Position numbers and translations under genes: made by a program. DNA of 64,000 nucleotides, taken from contig OZ024742.1 in assembly GCA_964016885.1 (NCBI GenBank), forward strand, positions 346,332,001 to 346,396,000. Direction: 5' to 3'. The DNA comes from Eledone cirrhosa (taxonomy: Eukaryota). How positions within the stretch are numbered: position 1 is the stretch's first letter; each line of letters begins with the position of its first letter. Under the pieces are notes generated by a model. That model saw nothing but the letters and a program-made list of their open reading frames with translations, had not been told where the DNA came from and ran no database searches. Positions 28,263 through 41,253 of this stretch are shown piece after piece.

Positions 28263-28734
28263 AATATAAGTATGTATACGTACATACATATATGTATACA
28301 GACGTACAGTAGTATGTATATATATACATACATGCACATATATATATATATATATGTACGTATGGATTTACCGAACATTTATTATAATGCTCGGTTTGTT
28401 TGTAAACAAACATCAAGAATTAAGCCGTACAGTGTTTAGCAACCATCGTTTCAGACGTTCAATCATCTGTCAGGAAGGTATGCGGTGCTGACGATAGCTA
28501 ATAAGCTTGAAACTAGTACATCGCTCCTTTGTCAGTGTTGAACAAACGAGCAACGATGGTTGCTAAACAACTGTACGGCTTAATACGGGATGTTTGTTTA
28601 CAAACAAACCGAGCATTATAATAAATGTTTGGTAAATCCATACGTACATATATATATGTGTGCATGTATGTATATATATACATACTACTGTACGTCTGTA
28701 TACATATATGTATGTACGTATACATACTTATATT
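28263..28734. repeat. About 470-bp fold-back (about 185-bp arms) with a hammerhead at its apex
   Basis: 28263-28450 is the near-perfect reverse complement of 28552-28734; looser pairing continues inward to HHR stem I. Confidence 0.92.
28482..28524 (+). ncRNA. Type I hammerhead ribozyme motif
   Basis: GCGGTG-CTGACGA-tAGCT aata AGCTt-GAAA-CTAG-TA-CATCGC; 6-bp stem I, palindromic ACTAGT stem III, GUA site. Confidence 0.82.
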
Positions 28735-29440
28735 GTTTTTAAATATTTTCTCTTAAATCATACAAGATGTTAAGAGTAGAATATATTGAACGTACAACAC
28801 TTTCGCTGTGGCTTCATTGTGTAATGAACTAAAGACTCAAGTGAAGCTTGTTTTCATTCTGGTCATTTCGACTTCACCCTATGTCCCTTATGTATGTTAT
28901 GAATATTCGATCTGGGTGTTAACTCAAGCAGCCATAATATTTTACTTAGTGTTAATAGCATGATTAGTTAGGTGATAATGACGTAGTTGTACGAATGTGA
29001 ACCACTCTACAGCTGGTGACGTAGTTTTACCTAAGAAACACGATAGCTACAATATCAACTTCAATTTGAGTCAGTAGTAGAGCCTCTAGCTGGTCACTTG
29101 AATTGCTAGATGTAGCAGCCATATATCGGCCGTCATTAAACACGGTGTTACGTGAGCATTTTACACCTATTCTTCTCCATGCCTAAACACAGGAGATTTC
29201 TTCCAGAGAAAGATAGATAGAGAGGGAGATAGGGTGGGAAAAAGAGAAAGAAAAAGAGAAAGAGAGTGAACCAACCTCACTATTTCATAGGTACTTTATT
29301 GATCGACCTCAAAAAGATGAAAAGTAAGGTTCAATTCGACGAGATTTGATCTCAGCTTAGTGAGCTGGAAGAAATACAAGTGCAATGTTAACCTCGACGA
29401 CCACTCTGCCTATTCTCCGCCCTCCAATCACTCACTATCA

Positions 29441-30214
29441 TCTATATACATAAATGGCAATTTCTGTCTGTTTGTTTGTGAATCTAAAACTCAAAAACTA
29501 CAAAACCGATCTTTATGAAAGATGACACGTGTGTGAGGTTCATGTCCATTTGATTTCTTACGTATATTTTAATCAAAGGGTTCCACGGGAGTTCAAACCC
29601 CCAACTGAGAACCCCGCTTAATATTTTCCCTTCGATTTATATGAAATTTAAACCATAGGTAAATGACAAGATATGATGCCTATTCACAAAATTTCAGCAA
29701 ATTTCAACCCCTATAGTGAAAGCTTTGGCCAATAAATGGAACAAGATTTCACGAACTCTTCCTATGGATTTGAAGATAGACCCCCATAACTATATATATT
29801 CTGAAACTACATTGACCAGGGTACTTGGATAAGTATATTTCTTTTTAATCAAAGGGTTCCCCGGGGGCAAAAAACCCCCGCTGAAAATGTTTTCCCTTCG
29901 ATTTATATGAAATTCAAACCATAGGTAAATGACAAGATATGAAGCCTATTCACAAAATTTCATTAATGAAACCCCCTAATGTGGGTTCTATTTTTTTCCT
30001 TATAGCAACACTCAACTTCTCTGACAAACATTCTTTCGCCTGTCCAATGCAATCAACAATATTTGTTTGTATTATTGTTTCGTAAATGAATTTGTCTTCG
30101 CTTTTGATTATCTGTCCTATATTTTGATTTCATTTTTGGTCTGAGAGGCATTGGGCATTTTAATGGGGATTGGGAATACCCCCGCTCCCGGGTATTACCG
30201 GGTACATCAGCTAG
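29441..30214 (+). mobile_element. Non-autonomous Helitron H3
   Basis: A|TCTATATACATAAA..ctgtctgtttg start; cccgg gtatta ccggg hairpin and CTAG|T end; internal direct repeat of about 120 bp (about 29570 and 29847). Confidence 0.85.
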
Positions 30215-30492
30215 TCTTAAATAAATATAGATATATAAAATAAATATAGATACATTGCGTAATATAGATGTTGATATACAAAGTGACAGTAATGACAGGA
30301 ACACTTGTTATCATTGGTCGGCTTTTGAAAGACTGATCTGCGGCTAAACTATGACTTAGGTTCAAATACAATAGAACCATCTAGAATCTTTGCTATAATA
30401 TATATATACAATCCACTCAGTGTATATGTATGAGTTTTGGTGTGTGTGTGTGTGTGTACGCGTGTGTGAGTGTGCGTATGTGTGTGAGGAAT

Positions 30493-30740
30493 CGACCTCA
30501 GTATTATACTGGTATTTTTATGAACAGACCTCAGTATAGTACTGGTATTTTTTATGAACAGACCTCAGTATAGTACTGGTATTTTTTATGAACAGACCTC
30601 AGTATAGTACTGGTATTTTTTATGAACAGACCTCAGTATAGTACTGGTATTTTTTATTAATAGTCCCCAGTATTATACTCGTACTTTATATCAATAGACC
30701 CCAGTATAGTATTAGTATATTTTTATTAATCGACCTCTAA
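30493..30740. repeat. 34-bp tandem repeat amplified from a SINE tail
   Basis: gacctcagtatagtactggtattttttatgaaca at 30561, 30595 and others, running into a minus-strand family-1-like SINE body (about 30730-30800). Confidence 0.8.
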
Positions 30741-31049
30741 AGGATGAAGGTCAAAGTTAACCTCGCCGAGAATTGAACTCAAATGACAGAGAGTCAGAAC
30801 TAAATTACTAACCAATACATAACATATACCCATGCTGGAAATGTAAAGCATATTTCTCTCCTATGTTCTGTCTACCTGTATATGTCAGGTGACACGTTTC
30901 AATAGAATTAAGATCCGTAATATATTATGTTTCCGTTATCCTGATATTCAGGAAATTGGAACCCTTCAGCACAATTCCTGCTTTCAATTGGTTTGATATA
31001 TTTCTATGTACAGCGATAGGGCGGAGAATGGTGTGAAGATGGTGTAGCG

Positions 31050-32157
31050 AGGTGGTGTGGTGTGGTGTGGTCTGCTGTGCTGTGCAGTGTGGTGTGATGT
31101 GGTCTGGTGTAGTGTGGTGTAGTGTGCTGTAGTGTGGTGTGGTTTGGTGTGGTGTGGTGTGGTGTGGTGTGGTGTAGTGTAGTGTGGTTTGGTGTGATGT
31201 GGTTTAGTGCGGTGTGGTGTGGTGTGGTGTAGTGTAGTGTGGTTTGGTGTGGTGTGGTTTAGTGTGGTGTGGTGTGGTGTGGTGTGGTGTGGTGTAGTGT
31301 GGTTTGGTGTGGTGTGGTTTAGTGTGGTGTGGTGTGGTGTAGTGTGGTGTGGTGTGGTGTGGTGTGGTTTAGTGTGGTGTGGTGTGGTGTGATGTGGTGT
31401 AGTGTGATGTGGTGTAGTGTGGTTTGGTGTGGTGTGGTGTGGTGTGGTTTGGTGTGGTGTGGTTTAGTGTGATGTGGTGTAGTGTGGTGTAGTGTGGTGT
31501 AGTGTGGTGTGGTGTGGTGTAGTGGGGTGCAGTGTGGTGTGGTGTGGTATGGTGTGGTGTAGTGTAGTGTGGTGTGGTGTGGTGTGGTGTGGTGTGGTGT
31601 GGTGTGGTGTGGTGTGGTGTGGTGTAGTATAATGTTGTGTGGTGTGGTGTGGTGTGGTGTGGTGTGGTGTGGTGTGGTGTGGTGTGGTGTAGTATAATGT
31701 TGTGTGGTGTAGTGTGGTGTGGTGTGGTGTGGTGTGGTGTGGTGTGGTATAATGTTGTGTGGTGTAGTGTGGTGTAGTGTAGTGAAGTGTGGTGTAGTGT
31801 GGTATGGTGTAGTGTGGTGTGGTGTAGTGTGGTGTAGTGTGGTGTAGTGGGGTGTGGTGTAGTGTGGTGTAGTGTGGTGTGGTGTGGTAGTGTAGTGTGG
31901 TGTAGTGTGGTGTGGTGTAGTGTGGTATAGTGTGATGTGGTGTAGTGTGGTGTGGAGTAGTGTGGTGTGGTGTGGTGTGGTGTGGTGTGGTGTGGTGTGG
32001 TGTGGTGTGGTGTGGTGTGGTGTGGTGTGGTGGTGTAGTGTGGTGTGGTGTAGCGTGGTGTGGTGAGGTGTGGTGTAGTGTGGTGTGGTGTAGTGTGCTA
32101 TAGTGTGGTTTGGTGTGGTGTTGTAGTGTAGTGTAGCGTAAAGGTGGTGTGGTGTAG
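31050..32157. repeat. (GTGTG/GTGTA)n pentamer microsatellite
   Basis: Direct reading; explains the H/T/P-rich pseudo-ORFs. Confidence 0.97.
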
Positions 32158-32347
32158 TACATACATATATACATACATATACAGTCAACGCGATCAGTTG
32201 CATATTTTGGCGTGGGAGACTATTTATTAAATTTAAGATGAATACTATCTCCGACAGTAATGCCACAACTACAGTCATGTTTAATAACTGGTTATTCTTC
32301 TAACTATATCTTCTGAAGACACCTTTTATTCGAATTTGAATGTTGCA

Positions 32348-33567
32348 TCATATCTCTCCGACAACATCTACGAACCTCGAAGCGTAGGAGCCCGTTTCTC
32401 GAGCAAGTCTATCTGCATGAAACAGATAAGATCATGAGAGTTGGGCTGGAACTCCTCGAGAGATATTCCCTGTGTGATAATCAAAAACTCACACGCAGGG
32501 AAGTCGCTCAGCAGTATCGCAGTGAATCCATGGATGAAAAACTGCATACTTATCAGCAAAAAATCATGCATGGATATGTTGCCAGGAAGCTCCTGAGTGA
32601 GAGTTGTATAGATAAGGAAAGTAGTCTATCTTGGACCAACAACCGCTATATTGGCTCCCACTTTGAAGGAGACGCTTTTGCAAACCAAGAACAGGAGATT
32701 AACACGAAATACCTGATTCAAAAAAGAGATAGGGATGCAGGCAAAACACCTAGATGTGACACCAAGTGCAGAATCTGCAGAACTAACATCGAGGATATCA
32801 CCCATGTCATCAGCAGCTGTCCAAAGATGTCATCGCGGTACTATCTACCTATGAGGCATGATGTAGTGGCCAAAACACTGTACAATACAGTTCATAAAAA
32901 AGATAGCCCCGATAATAAACGCATTAAAAGCTACAGCAATGTGGAAAACATCCATGTACATAATATAAAAGAGTACTGATGGAATGTTCCAGTAAAAACG
33001 CTAATAAAATGCAGGCATAACAGACCAGTTATTATGATATGGCACAGGGAGAAGAAAACATGCACAGTAGTGGAAATTAGCTGCCCAGCAGATGCCAATA
33101 TAATATCAAAGATTAGTGAAAAGGAGAATATTTATGCAGAACTGATGAGAAATCTGCAGATACTCCACCCTGATTACACCTTCAGATTTATGCCTGTGAT
33201 TATTGGGGCACTGGGGTATGTTAGTAACTGCCTCAATACAAATCTTGAGAAGCTAGGCTTCACATGAACAGAAAGAACACAACTGGTTAAGAAATTACAA
33301 ATCCAAGAACAGTAAAAATATGTAAAACATTCCAAAAATATTGCATCTAATAACTGCATATACACATGTGCAGATGCAAGGCATATACACATGCACACAT
33401 ACAACTGAAAACATACACATCCACACATACAATAACATCCATATCTACACATGCATACATACATATCTAATTAGTTGATGTTGTGTAAATTCCAATGAGA
33501 GAGTCTTGTGTCTATGTTAGAAACCGACTCTCTCTCTCTATTGGTAAACATTTGTGAAATTATAAAA
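32348..33567 (+). pseudogene. R4/Dong-like family B 3' fragment with in-frame stops
   Basis: ORFs 32434-32979 and 33034-33267; intact CCHC knuckle CRICRTNIEDITHVISSC, MRHD, VVEISCP; tail runs into (TACA)n at about 33570. Confidence 0.9.
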
Positions 33568-33637
33568 CATGCATACACATATACCTACATACATACATAC
33601 ATACATACATACATACATACATACATACATACATACA

Positions 33638-33667
<30 letters not shown>

Positions 33668-33669
<2 letters not shown>

Positions 33670-35473
33670 GTGGCTGCCAACTCGTTTTCGAGTACGGCCA
33701 CTACTTTATATCCATGTAGGAGAACCCCTACCGATGCGCTGAACGAGTGTGACTTTTTAATCCAGCCAGCGACTTGAAAACACTGGTACAAACACTACAC
33801 TTGTGACAATTATTGACACATAGTGCTGGTCCCATGGTACCATGTGATGACAAGTGCAGAGAGATCTCCAGATACAAAGCAATGCCTGTGCCGTGAAGCT
33901 TTTATAGTGAGCAAAGGCACTGCACAAAGCCAGTCCCACTCTCTTAACCAAGATCATATTTACCAAAAAGAAGAACAAGTCAACATCATTGGATACCATC
34001 AGGGTTGCAGGTGTTATATCAGAGTTTTCCTTCTCCTAGAATTCGCCTTGACAAAGGCTAAGGGGTCATCTCTCCCGGTGATTTTGGATGGCCATTGACT
34101 TTTAAGAGCTCCTTTGCCCTTTGACGGGTTTTATATACATATATACATACCTACCTACGTACATACATACATACATTCATACATACATACATACATACAT
34201 ACATACATACATACATACATACATACATACATACATACATACATGCACATATACATACATACATGGTGGCTGCCAACTCGTTTTCGAGTACGGCCACTGC
34301 TTTATATCCATGTAGGAGAACCCTACCGATGCGCTGAACGAGTGTGACTTTTTAGTCCAGCCAGCGACTTGAAAACTCTGGTACAAACACTACACTTGTG
34401 ACAATTAATGACACATAGTACTGGGCCCATGGTACCATGTGACAACAAGTGCAGAGAGATCTCCAGATATAAAGCAATGCCTGTGCCGTGAAGCTTTTAT
34501 AGTGAGCAAAGTCACTGCACAAAGCCAGTCCCACTCTCTTAACCAAGATGATATTTACCAAAAAGAAGAACAAGTCAACATCATTGGATACCATCAGGGT
34601 TGCAGGTGTTATATCAGAGTTTTCCTTCTCCTAGAATTCTGCCTTGACAAAAGCTAAGGGGTCATCTCTCCCAGTGATTTTGGATGGCCATTGACTCTTA
34701 AGAGCTCCTTTGTCCTTTGACAGGTTTTGTTTTTAGTCCTGCAGGATGTCCAAAGTCACCCTCCTCACCAAGAAACCTTGGTGAGGTTGCCAGTTTAGTC
34801 GTCAACGACCCGACCATGAGACAGGTTGTACTGGGATACATACATACATACATACATACATACATGGTGGCTGCCAACTCGTATTCGAGTACGGCCACTA
34901 CTTTATATCCATGTAGGAGAACCCCTACCAATGCGCTGAACGAGTGTGACTTTTTAGTCCAGCCAGCGACTTGAAAACTCTGGTACAAACACTACACTTG
35001 TGACAATTATTGACACATAGTGCTTTGCCTTTGGTACCATGTGACGACAAGTGCAGAGAGATCTCCGGATACAAAGCAATGCCTGTGCCGTGAAGCTTTT
35101 ATAGTGAGCAAAGGCACTGCACAAAGCCAGTCCCACTCTCTTAACCAAGATGATATTTACCAAAAAGAAGAACAAGTCAACATCATTGGATACCATCAGG
35201 GTTGCAGGTGTTATATCAGAGTTTTCCTTCTCCTACAATTCTGCCTTGACAAAGGCTAAGGGGTCATCTCTCCCAGTGATTTTGGATGGCCATTGACTCT
35301 TAAGAGCTCCTTTGCCCTTTGACAGGTTTTGTTTTTAGTCCTGCAGGATGTCCAAAGTCACCCTCCTCACCAAGAAACCTTGGTGGGGTTGCCAGTTTAG
35401 TCGCCAACGACCCGACCATGAGACAGGTTGTACTGGGATACATGTTACCAGTAGCACCAAGTGGTGACCTGAC
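33668..35473 (-). mobile_element. Three tandem copies (about 600-bp period) of the 5' end of a zinc-finger non-LTR element, separated by (TACA)n
   Basis: Units at about 33668-34135, 34263-34840 and 34864-35473; each encodes CSVCTRVFKSLAGLKSHTRSAH-like sequence and stops at the same 3' point. Confidence 0.8.
35392..35469 (-). ncRNA. Candidate HDV-like ribozyme at the element 5' end
   Basis: Minus strand: GGTCA...CCAGT-AC aacct GT-ctcaTGGTC-GG-gTCG ttgg CGA-CTAA-ACTGG. P2, P3, P1.1, P4 and J4/2 occur in the expected order; P1 is short and wobble-rich. Confidence 0.45.
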
Positions 35474-35829
35474 ATACATACATACATACATACATACATA
35501 CATACATACATACATACATACATACATACATACATGTGATACATGTGATACCAGTTTAGCAATGTTTCCCTTAAGGTACAACAAATTACCATCTCTATTG
35601 GGAAATAGAGATGGTAATGCCAATAGTAACCACGTGGAACTATAGAGTAATATAGAATAGTACTTTCTATGGAAACTGTGCCATAGTTTGGGTCGATCTG
35701 AATATATTAACCGATATGTACAGCATAGCTGAATGTTGAAGAAGTTTACTTCGCAAACAGTATGTCCCGGGTTCGAACCCACTGGGTCTTATCTTGGACA
35801 ACTGTGATTTATCAGATCCTCGGGTCAAC

Positions 35830-36170
35830 CCATACTGGGGCTTGTCCAGCTACTTCCTCTTTGCACCGGTCACCGTCGAGATCTCGGGCGTCCTCAGACC
35901 CCGTACAGCCGAGCTCCTCCGAATAATCGGAACGTCAGCAGCCCGTTTGGGTAATAAGCCCCATGAAGTGGTGTGGCTTTTGCGGCGGGTGTCGCTGGCC
36001 AATGTCCGTAAAAATGTCTTTGCCCTTTTGTCCGCAGGACGCAGCCGAAACACCACCCAGATCTTGGTGTAAAGTCTGTCACCCTCTCCCCTTTTGTCTG
36101 CCGGACGCAGCCGAAACACCACCCAGACCTTGCTGTTAAGTCTATCACTCTCTCCCCTTTCCCCTCTCTT
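35830..36170 (+). pseudogene. C-terminal fragment of a CRE-like RLE non-LTR element
   Basis: YFLFAPVTVEISGVL..LLRIIG..WLLRRVSLANVRKN resembles the F-P-A-ET-G ... QR-S-A-QRGN terminus; terminal 70 bp or so is duplicated. Confidence 0.65.
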
Positions 36171-36825
36171 TCTTCCGCTACCTAACAGGCCTGTGAGTGA
36201 AATTGTGGCCAACTTGCTCCACCCTGTGTCACGATGGATGTTCATAAAATTTATGTTAAGAGTATCTGCGTCTGTATGTGAAGGCGCGTGGCTTTGTGGT
36301 TAGGATAATCACAATGTTACGGTCGTGAGCTTTGTGTCCTTGAGCAAAACACATCATTTCACATTGTTCTAGTTCACTCAGCTGGCAAAAATGTGTTGTA
36401 GCTGCAATTTGAAGAGCCAACTTTGTCACATTCTGAATCTCCCTGAGAACTACGTTAAGGCAACACGTGTCTGTGGAATGTTAAGCCAACTGCATGTTTA
36501 TTTCATGAGAAGGTTGTTCCATTGACCGCTTGTTACACGTGTCTATGGAATTCTCAGCTAGTTAGATATTAATTTCAGGGCATGCTGCTCCGTTGACCAT
36601 ACAGCTGGGACACACATCGTCGAAACCAACGGAGGTCCATTCCATTTGCTGATATCTATTATATCAACAATAAATCGATGAAATCGATATTTGACACTAA
36701 CGAGATTCCATCTGAAACTGTGATTGGTCGATATTGGTACTGTAAGGTGATTGGCTAATGAGATAGTGTTAAATCAAGTTGATTATATACGGAGAACGAT
36801 GTATACTTTTATTTCTTTTTACAGA

Positions 36826-36941
36826 AAGAAGAAGAAGAAGAAGAAGAAGAAGAAGAAGAAGAAGAAGAAGAAGAAGAAGAAGAAGAAGAAGAAGAAGAAG
36901 AAGAAGAAGAAGAAGAAGAAGAAGAAGAAGAAGAAGAAGAA

Positions 36942-36973
<32 letters not shown>

Positions 36974-37028
36974 AGAAGAAGAAGAAGAAGAAGAAGAAGA
37001 AGAAGAAGAAGAAGAAGAAGAAGAAGAA
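36826..37028. repeat. (AAG)n with an internal (ACG)n block
   Basis: Direct reading. Confidence 0.98.
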
Positions 37029-37489
37029 GGGTAGTTGATGCTATACGAGGGAATCTGAAGAGGTGTGTCTTTAAAGAAGGAATACTTAATCACTGAGGGA
37101 GTGACAGTTTATCTTGCGTCTGATTGGTCAGAATTTTATTTTTCTGCTTTCTATTGGTTGGTGGTGTAAATTTTGAAGTGTTAAAGAAAGCTTGCGCTTG
37201 TAAGGTGATTAACCGTTAACGGTGATAAGGAGGTGTTAAAGTGGTTGGCGCCAGTTTTACAGACGCTATAAATTTGGGGAGTTGTGTTATTTATATGGAT
37301 AGTGAGGTTGCTGGATCAAATCCTGTTTATCTCGGTTATTAATTCGACAATTTTCTGTCGACTCTGTGCCTACATCACCCTTAGTCTTCACCTCTACCCA
37401 TGAAGATTACACTTTTCAGAATACCCCTAATCCAAATTACCCATCTGTTATTATTATCTTCTGGTTTTATATTTTGTTGTTTTATCTCT

Positions 37490-40156
37490 TTATTTCATCT
37501 AATCCCATTGTATTAAACTATCACCTCCTTTCGTTTCACCTTATCTCACTTTATTATACTGTCTCCTTTCGTTTCATCTCATCCCATATTATTAAACTGT
37601 CACCTCTTTTCGTTTCACCTCATCCCATTGTATTACACTGTCTCCTCCTTTCGTTTCATCTCATCCCATTTTATTACCCTTTCTCCTCCTTTCGTTTCAT
37701 CTCATCTCATATTATTACCCTGTCTCCTCCTTTCGTTTCATCTCATCTCACCTTATTACACTGTCACCTCCTTTCGTTTCACCTTATCTCACCTTATTAC
37801 ACTGTCACTTCCTTTCGTTTCATCTCATCTCATTTTATTACACTGTCACCTTCTTTCGTTTCAACTCATCTCACCTTATTACACTGTCTCCTCCTTTCGT
37901 TTCTTCTCATCTCATTGTATTACATTGTCACCTCCTTTCGTTTAACCTTATCTCACCTTATTACACTGTCACCGCCTTTCGTTTCATCTCATCCCATTGA
38001 TTTACACTGTCACCTCCTTTCGTTTCACCTTATCTCACCTTATTACACTGCCACCTCCTTTCGTTTCACCTTATCTCACTTTATTACACTGTCACCACCT
38101 TTCGTTTCATCTTAGCTCACCTTATTACACTGTCACCGCCTTTCGTTTCATCTCATCCCATTGTATTACACTGTCACCTCCTTTCGTTTCATCTCATCTC
38201 ATTTTATTACACTGTCACCTCCTTTCGTTTCCTCTCATCCCATTGTATTACACTGTCACCTCCTTTCGTTTCACCTTATCTCCCCTTATTATACTGTCAC
38301 CTCCTTTCCTTTCACCTCATCCCATTGTATTACACTGTCACCTCCTTTCGTTTCATCTCATACCATTGTATCACACTGTCACCTCCTTTCGTTTCATCTC
38401 ATCCAATTGTATTACACTGTCACCTCCTTTCGTTTCACCTTATCTCCCCTTATTACACTGTCACCTCCTTTCGTTTCACCTTAACTCCCCTTATTACACT
38501 GCCTCCTCCTTTCGTTTCACCTTATCTCACCTTATTACACTGTCACCTCCTTTCGTTTCACCTTATCTCACCTTATTACACTGTCACCTCCTTTCGTTTC
38601 ATCTCATCCTATTTTATTACACTGTCACCTCCTTTCGTTTCACCTTATCTCACCTTATTACACTGTCACCTCCTTTCGTTTCATCTCATCCTATTGTATT
38701 ACACTGTCACCTCCTTTCGTTTCATCTCATCTCATTGTATTACACTGTCACCTCCTTTCGTTTCACCTTATCTCACCTTATTACACTGTCACCTCCTTTC
38801 GTTTCATCTCATCCTATTGTATTACACTGTCACCTCCTTTCGTTTCACCTTATCTCACCTTATTACACTGTCACCTCCTTTCGTTTCATCTCATCCTATT
38901 GTATTACACTGTCACCTCCTTTCGTTTCACCTTATCTCACCTTATTACACTGTCTTCTTTCGTTTCACCTTATCTCACCTTATTACACTGCCACCTCCTT
39001 TCGTTTCATCTCATCCCATTGATTTACACTGTCACCTCCTTTCGTTTCACCTTATCTCACCTTATTACACTGTCACCTCCTTTCGTTTCATCTCATCCTA
39101 TTTTATTACACTGTCACCTCCTTTCGTTTCACCTTATCTCACCTTATTACACTGTCACCTCCTTTCGTTTCATCTCATCCTATTGTATTACACTGTCACC
39201 TCCTTTTGTTTCATCTCATCTCATTGTATTACACTGTCACCTCCTTTCGTTTCACTTTATCTCGCCTTATTACACTGTCACCTCCTTTCGTTTCATCTCA
39301 TCCTATTGTATTACACTGTCACCTCCTTTCGTTTCAACTTATCTCACCTTATTACACTGTCACCTCCTTTCGTTTCATCTCATCCTATTGTATTACACTG
39401 TCACCTCCTTTCGTTTCACCTTATCTCACCTTATTACACTGTCACCTCCTTTCGTTTCACCTTATCTCACCTTATTACACTGCCACCTCCTTTCGTTTCA
39501 CCTCATCCCATTGTATTACACTGCCTCCTCCTTTCGTTTCACCTTATCTCACCTTATTACACTGCCACCTCCTTTCGTTTCACCTTATATCACCTTATTA
39601 CACTGTCACCTCCTTTCGTTTCACCTCATCCACTGCCTCCTCCTTTCGTTTCACCTTATCTCACCTTATTACACTGTCAGCTCATTTCATTTCACCTTAT
39701 CTCACCTTATTACACTGCCACCTCCTTTCGTTTCACCTCATCCCATTGTATTACACTGGCTCCTCCTTTCGTTTCACCTTATCTCACCTTATTACACTGC
39801 CACCTCCTTTCGTTTCACCTCATGCCATTGTATTACACTGCCTCCTCCTTTCGTTTCACCTTATCTCACCTTATTACACTGCCACCTCCTTTCGTTTCAC
39901 CTTATCTTACCTTATTACACTGCCACCTCCTTTCGTTTCACCTCATACCATTGTATTACACTGCCTCCTCCTTTCGTTTCACCTTATCTCACCTTATTAC
40001 ACTGCCACCTCCTTTCGTTTCACCTCATCTCACCTTATTACACTGCCACGTCCTTTCGTTTCACCTCATCCCATTGTATTACACTGCCTCCTCCTTTCGT
40101 TTCATCTCATCCCATTGTATTACACTGTCACCTCCTTTCGTTTCACCTCATCCCAC
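37490..40156. repeat. 41-bp minisatellite array (about 65 units, two monomer types)
   Basis: Unit TTATTACACTGTCACCTCCTTTCGTTTCACCTTATCTCACC and variant ..TTTCATCTCATCCCATTGTATTAC..; source of the long low-complexity ORFs. Confidence 0.97.
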
Positions 40157-40242
40157 TTTACTCCAAAGTCCAGTTACTTTCTGTCCACACTAGAAACCCC
40201 TTATCTTTACTATCGACTCTACCGGTATTTTTATTATTGTTA

Positions 40243-40445
40243 TTATTTTTATTTTTATTTTTATTTTTATTTTTATTTTTATTTTTATTTTTATTTTTAT
40301 TTTTATTTTTATTTTTATTTTTATTTTTATTTTTATTTTTATTTTTATTTTTATTTTTATTTTTATTTTTATTTTTATTTTTATTTTTATTTTTATTTTT
40401 ATTTTTATTTTTATTTTTATTTTTTTTTTTATTTTTATTTTTATC
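40243..40445. repeat. (TTTTTA)n hexamer repeat
   Basis: Direct reading. Confidence 0.97.
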
Positions 40446-40666
40446 TTTATCTCATTTTCTTTTCATACCACTTTTTTCAGTACCAGTAATACACTGGTGT
40501 AATTGCTGGCCTTGTACCAAAAGTAGAAACAATTATTTTTACTATCGTTTCAGGCCATTATCCTAATATCCCCTCCCCCCTCACCATACTTTCTTTCTTA
40601 TTATTATTCTTGTTATTTTTCATGTAACTATAGATACTAGCGCCTTCTATCATCTACACCGAATGC

Positions 40667-40775
40667 GTATTTTGAGAATTTAGTCGGGTGTCAATTGTAA
40701 TTAAAATCGAATGCTGCGGCATACTGCGGGTAGCGGTTTTTAGACACACCGGACTAATGAAACATTTGTTAATAC
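40667..40775 (+). ncRNA. Hammerhead motif with a compensatory U3-A8 core and long stem II
   Basis: GTATT-TTGAGAA-tTTAGTCgGGTGT...ACACCgGACTAAt-GAAA-CATTTG-TT-AATAC. Confidence 0.65.
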
Positions 40776-40821
40776 TTGGAATAAACCCTACTGTATAGCT
40801 GGTCCTTGTTATTCTTCACTC

Positions 40822-40920
<99 letters not shown>

Positions 40921-41169
40921 CGCTTTGTGCGTGTAAGGATATATTTACTTTATTATTATTCTCCTCTTGGTCGAGAAAAAAATTTGGTCGTTCTGACTGC
41001 TGCTAGTTATAGTGGTAGTAAATTGACCTCCCTGCCTCTGCTTCTATCTTTACACGCGGCTCTTGAAAGAATTGCTCCCACATCATTTATTCTCATCTCG
41101 GGAACAATTTTGAATAGCGCCAGTTCGTAATTTGAACTCGGGAATTTTATATTCTCGGAGTGAAAAGAT

Positions 41170-41253
41170 CCTTCTGACGAGAGTTTTTCTTTGCAACGGA
41201 TGCCGTATGGACTGTCCGTTTATTTTTGAAACTCGAAACCGATTCGGTAAAGG
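41170..41253 (+). ncRNA. Type I hammerhead ribozyme motif with extended stem II
   Basis: CCTT-CTGACGA-GAGTTT..AACGGA..TCCGTT..AAACTC-GAAA-CCG att CGG-TA-AAGG; predicted cut after A41249 (GUA). Confidence 0.88.

Noticed and set aside
31207-32278. His/Thr/Pro-rich ORFs
   Set aside because: Pentamer microsatellite translation.
36751-37096. Poly-K, poly-R and poly-S ORFs (also 48167-48934, 51724-51942, 59449-59827 and the many YI/VC/HT ORFs)
   Set aside because: Simple-repeat artefacts.
37366-40566. Long ORFs of 249-622 aa
   Set aside because: They are translations of a stop-poor 41-bp repeat that is open in several frames at once.
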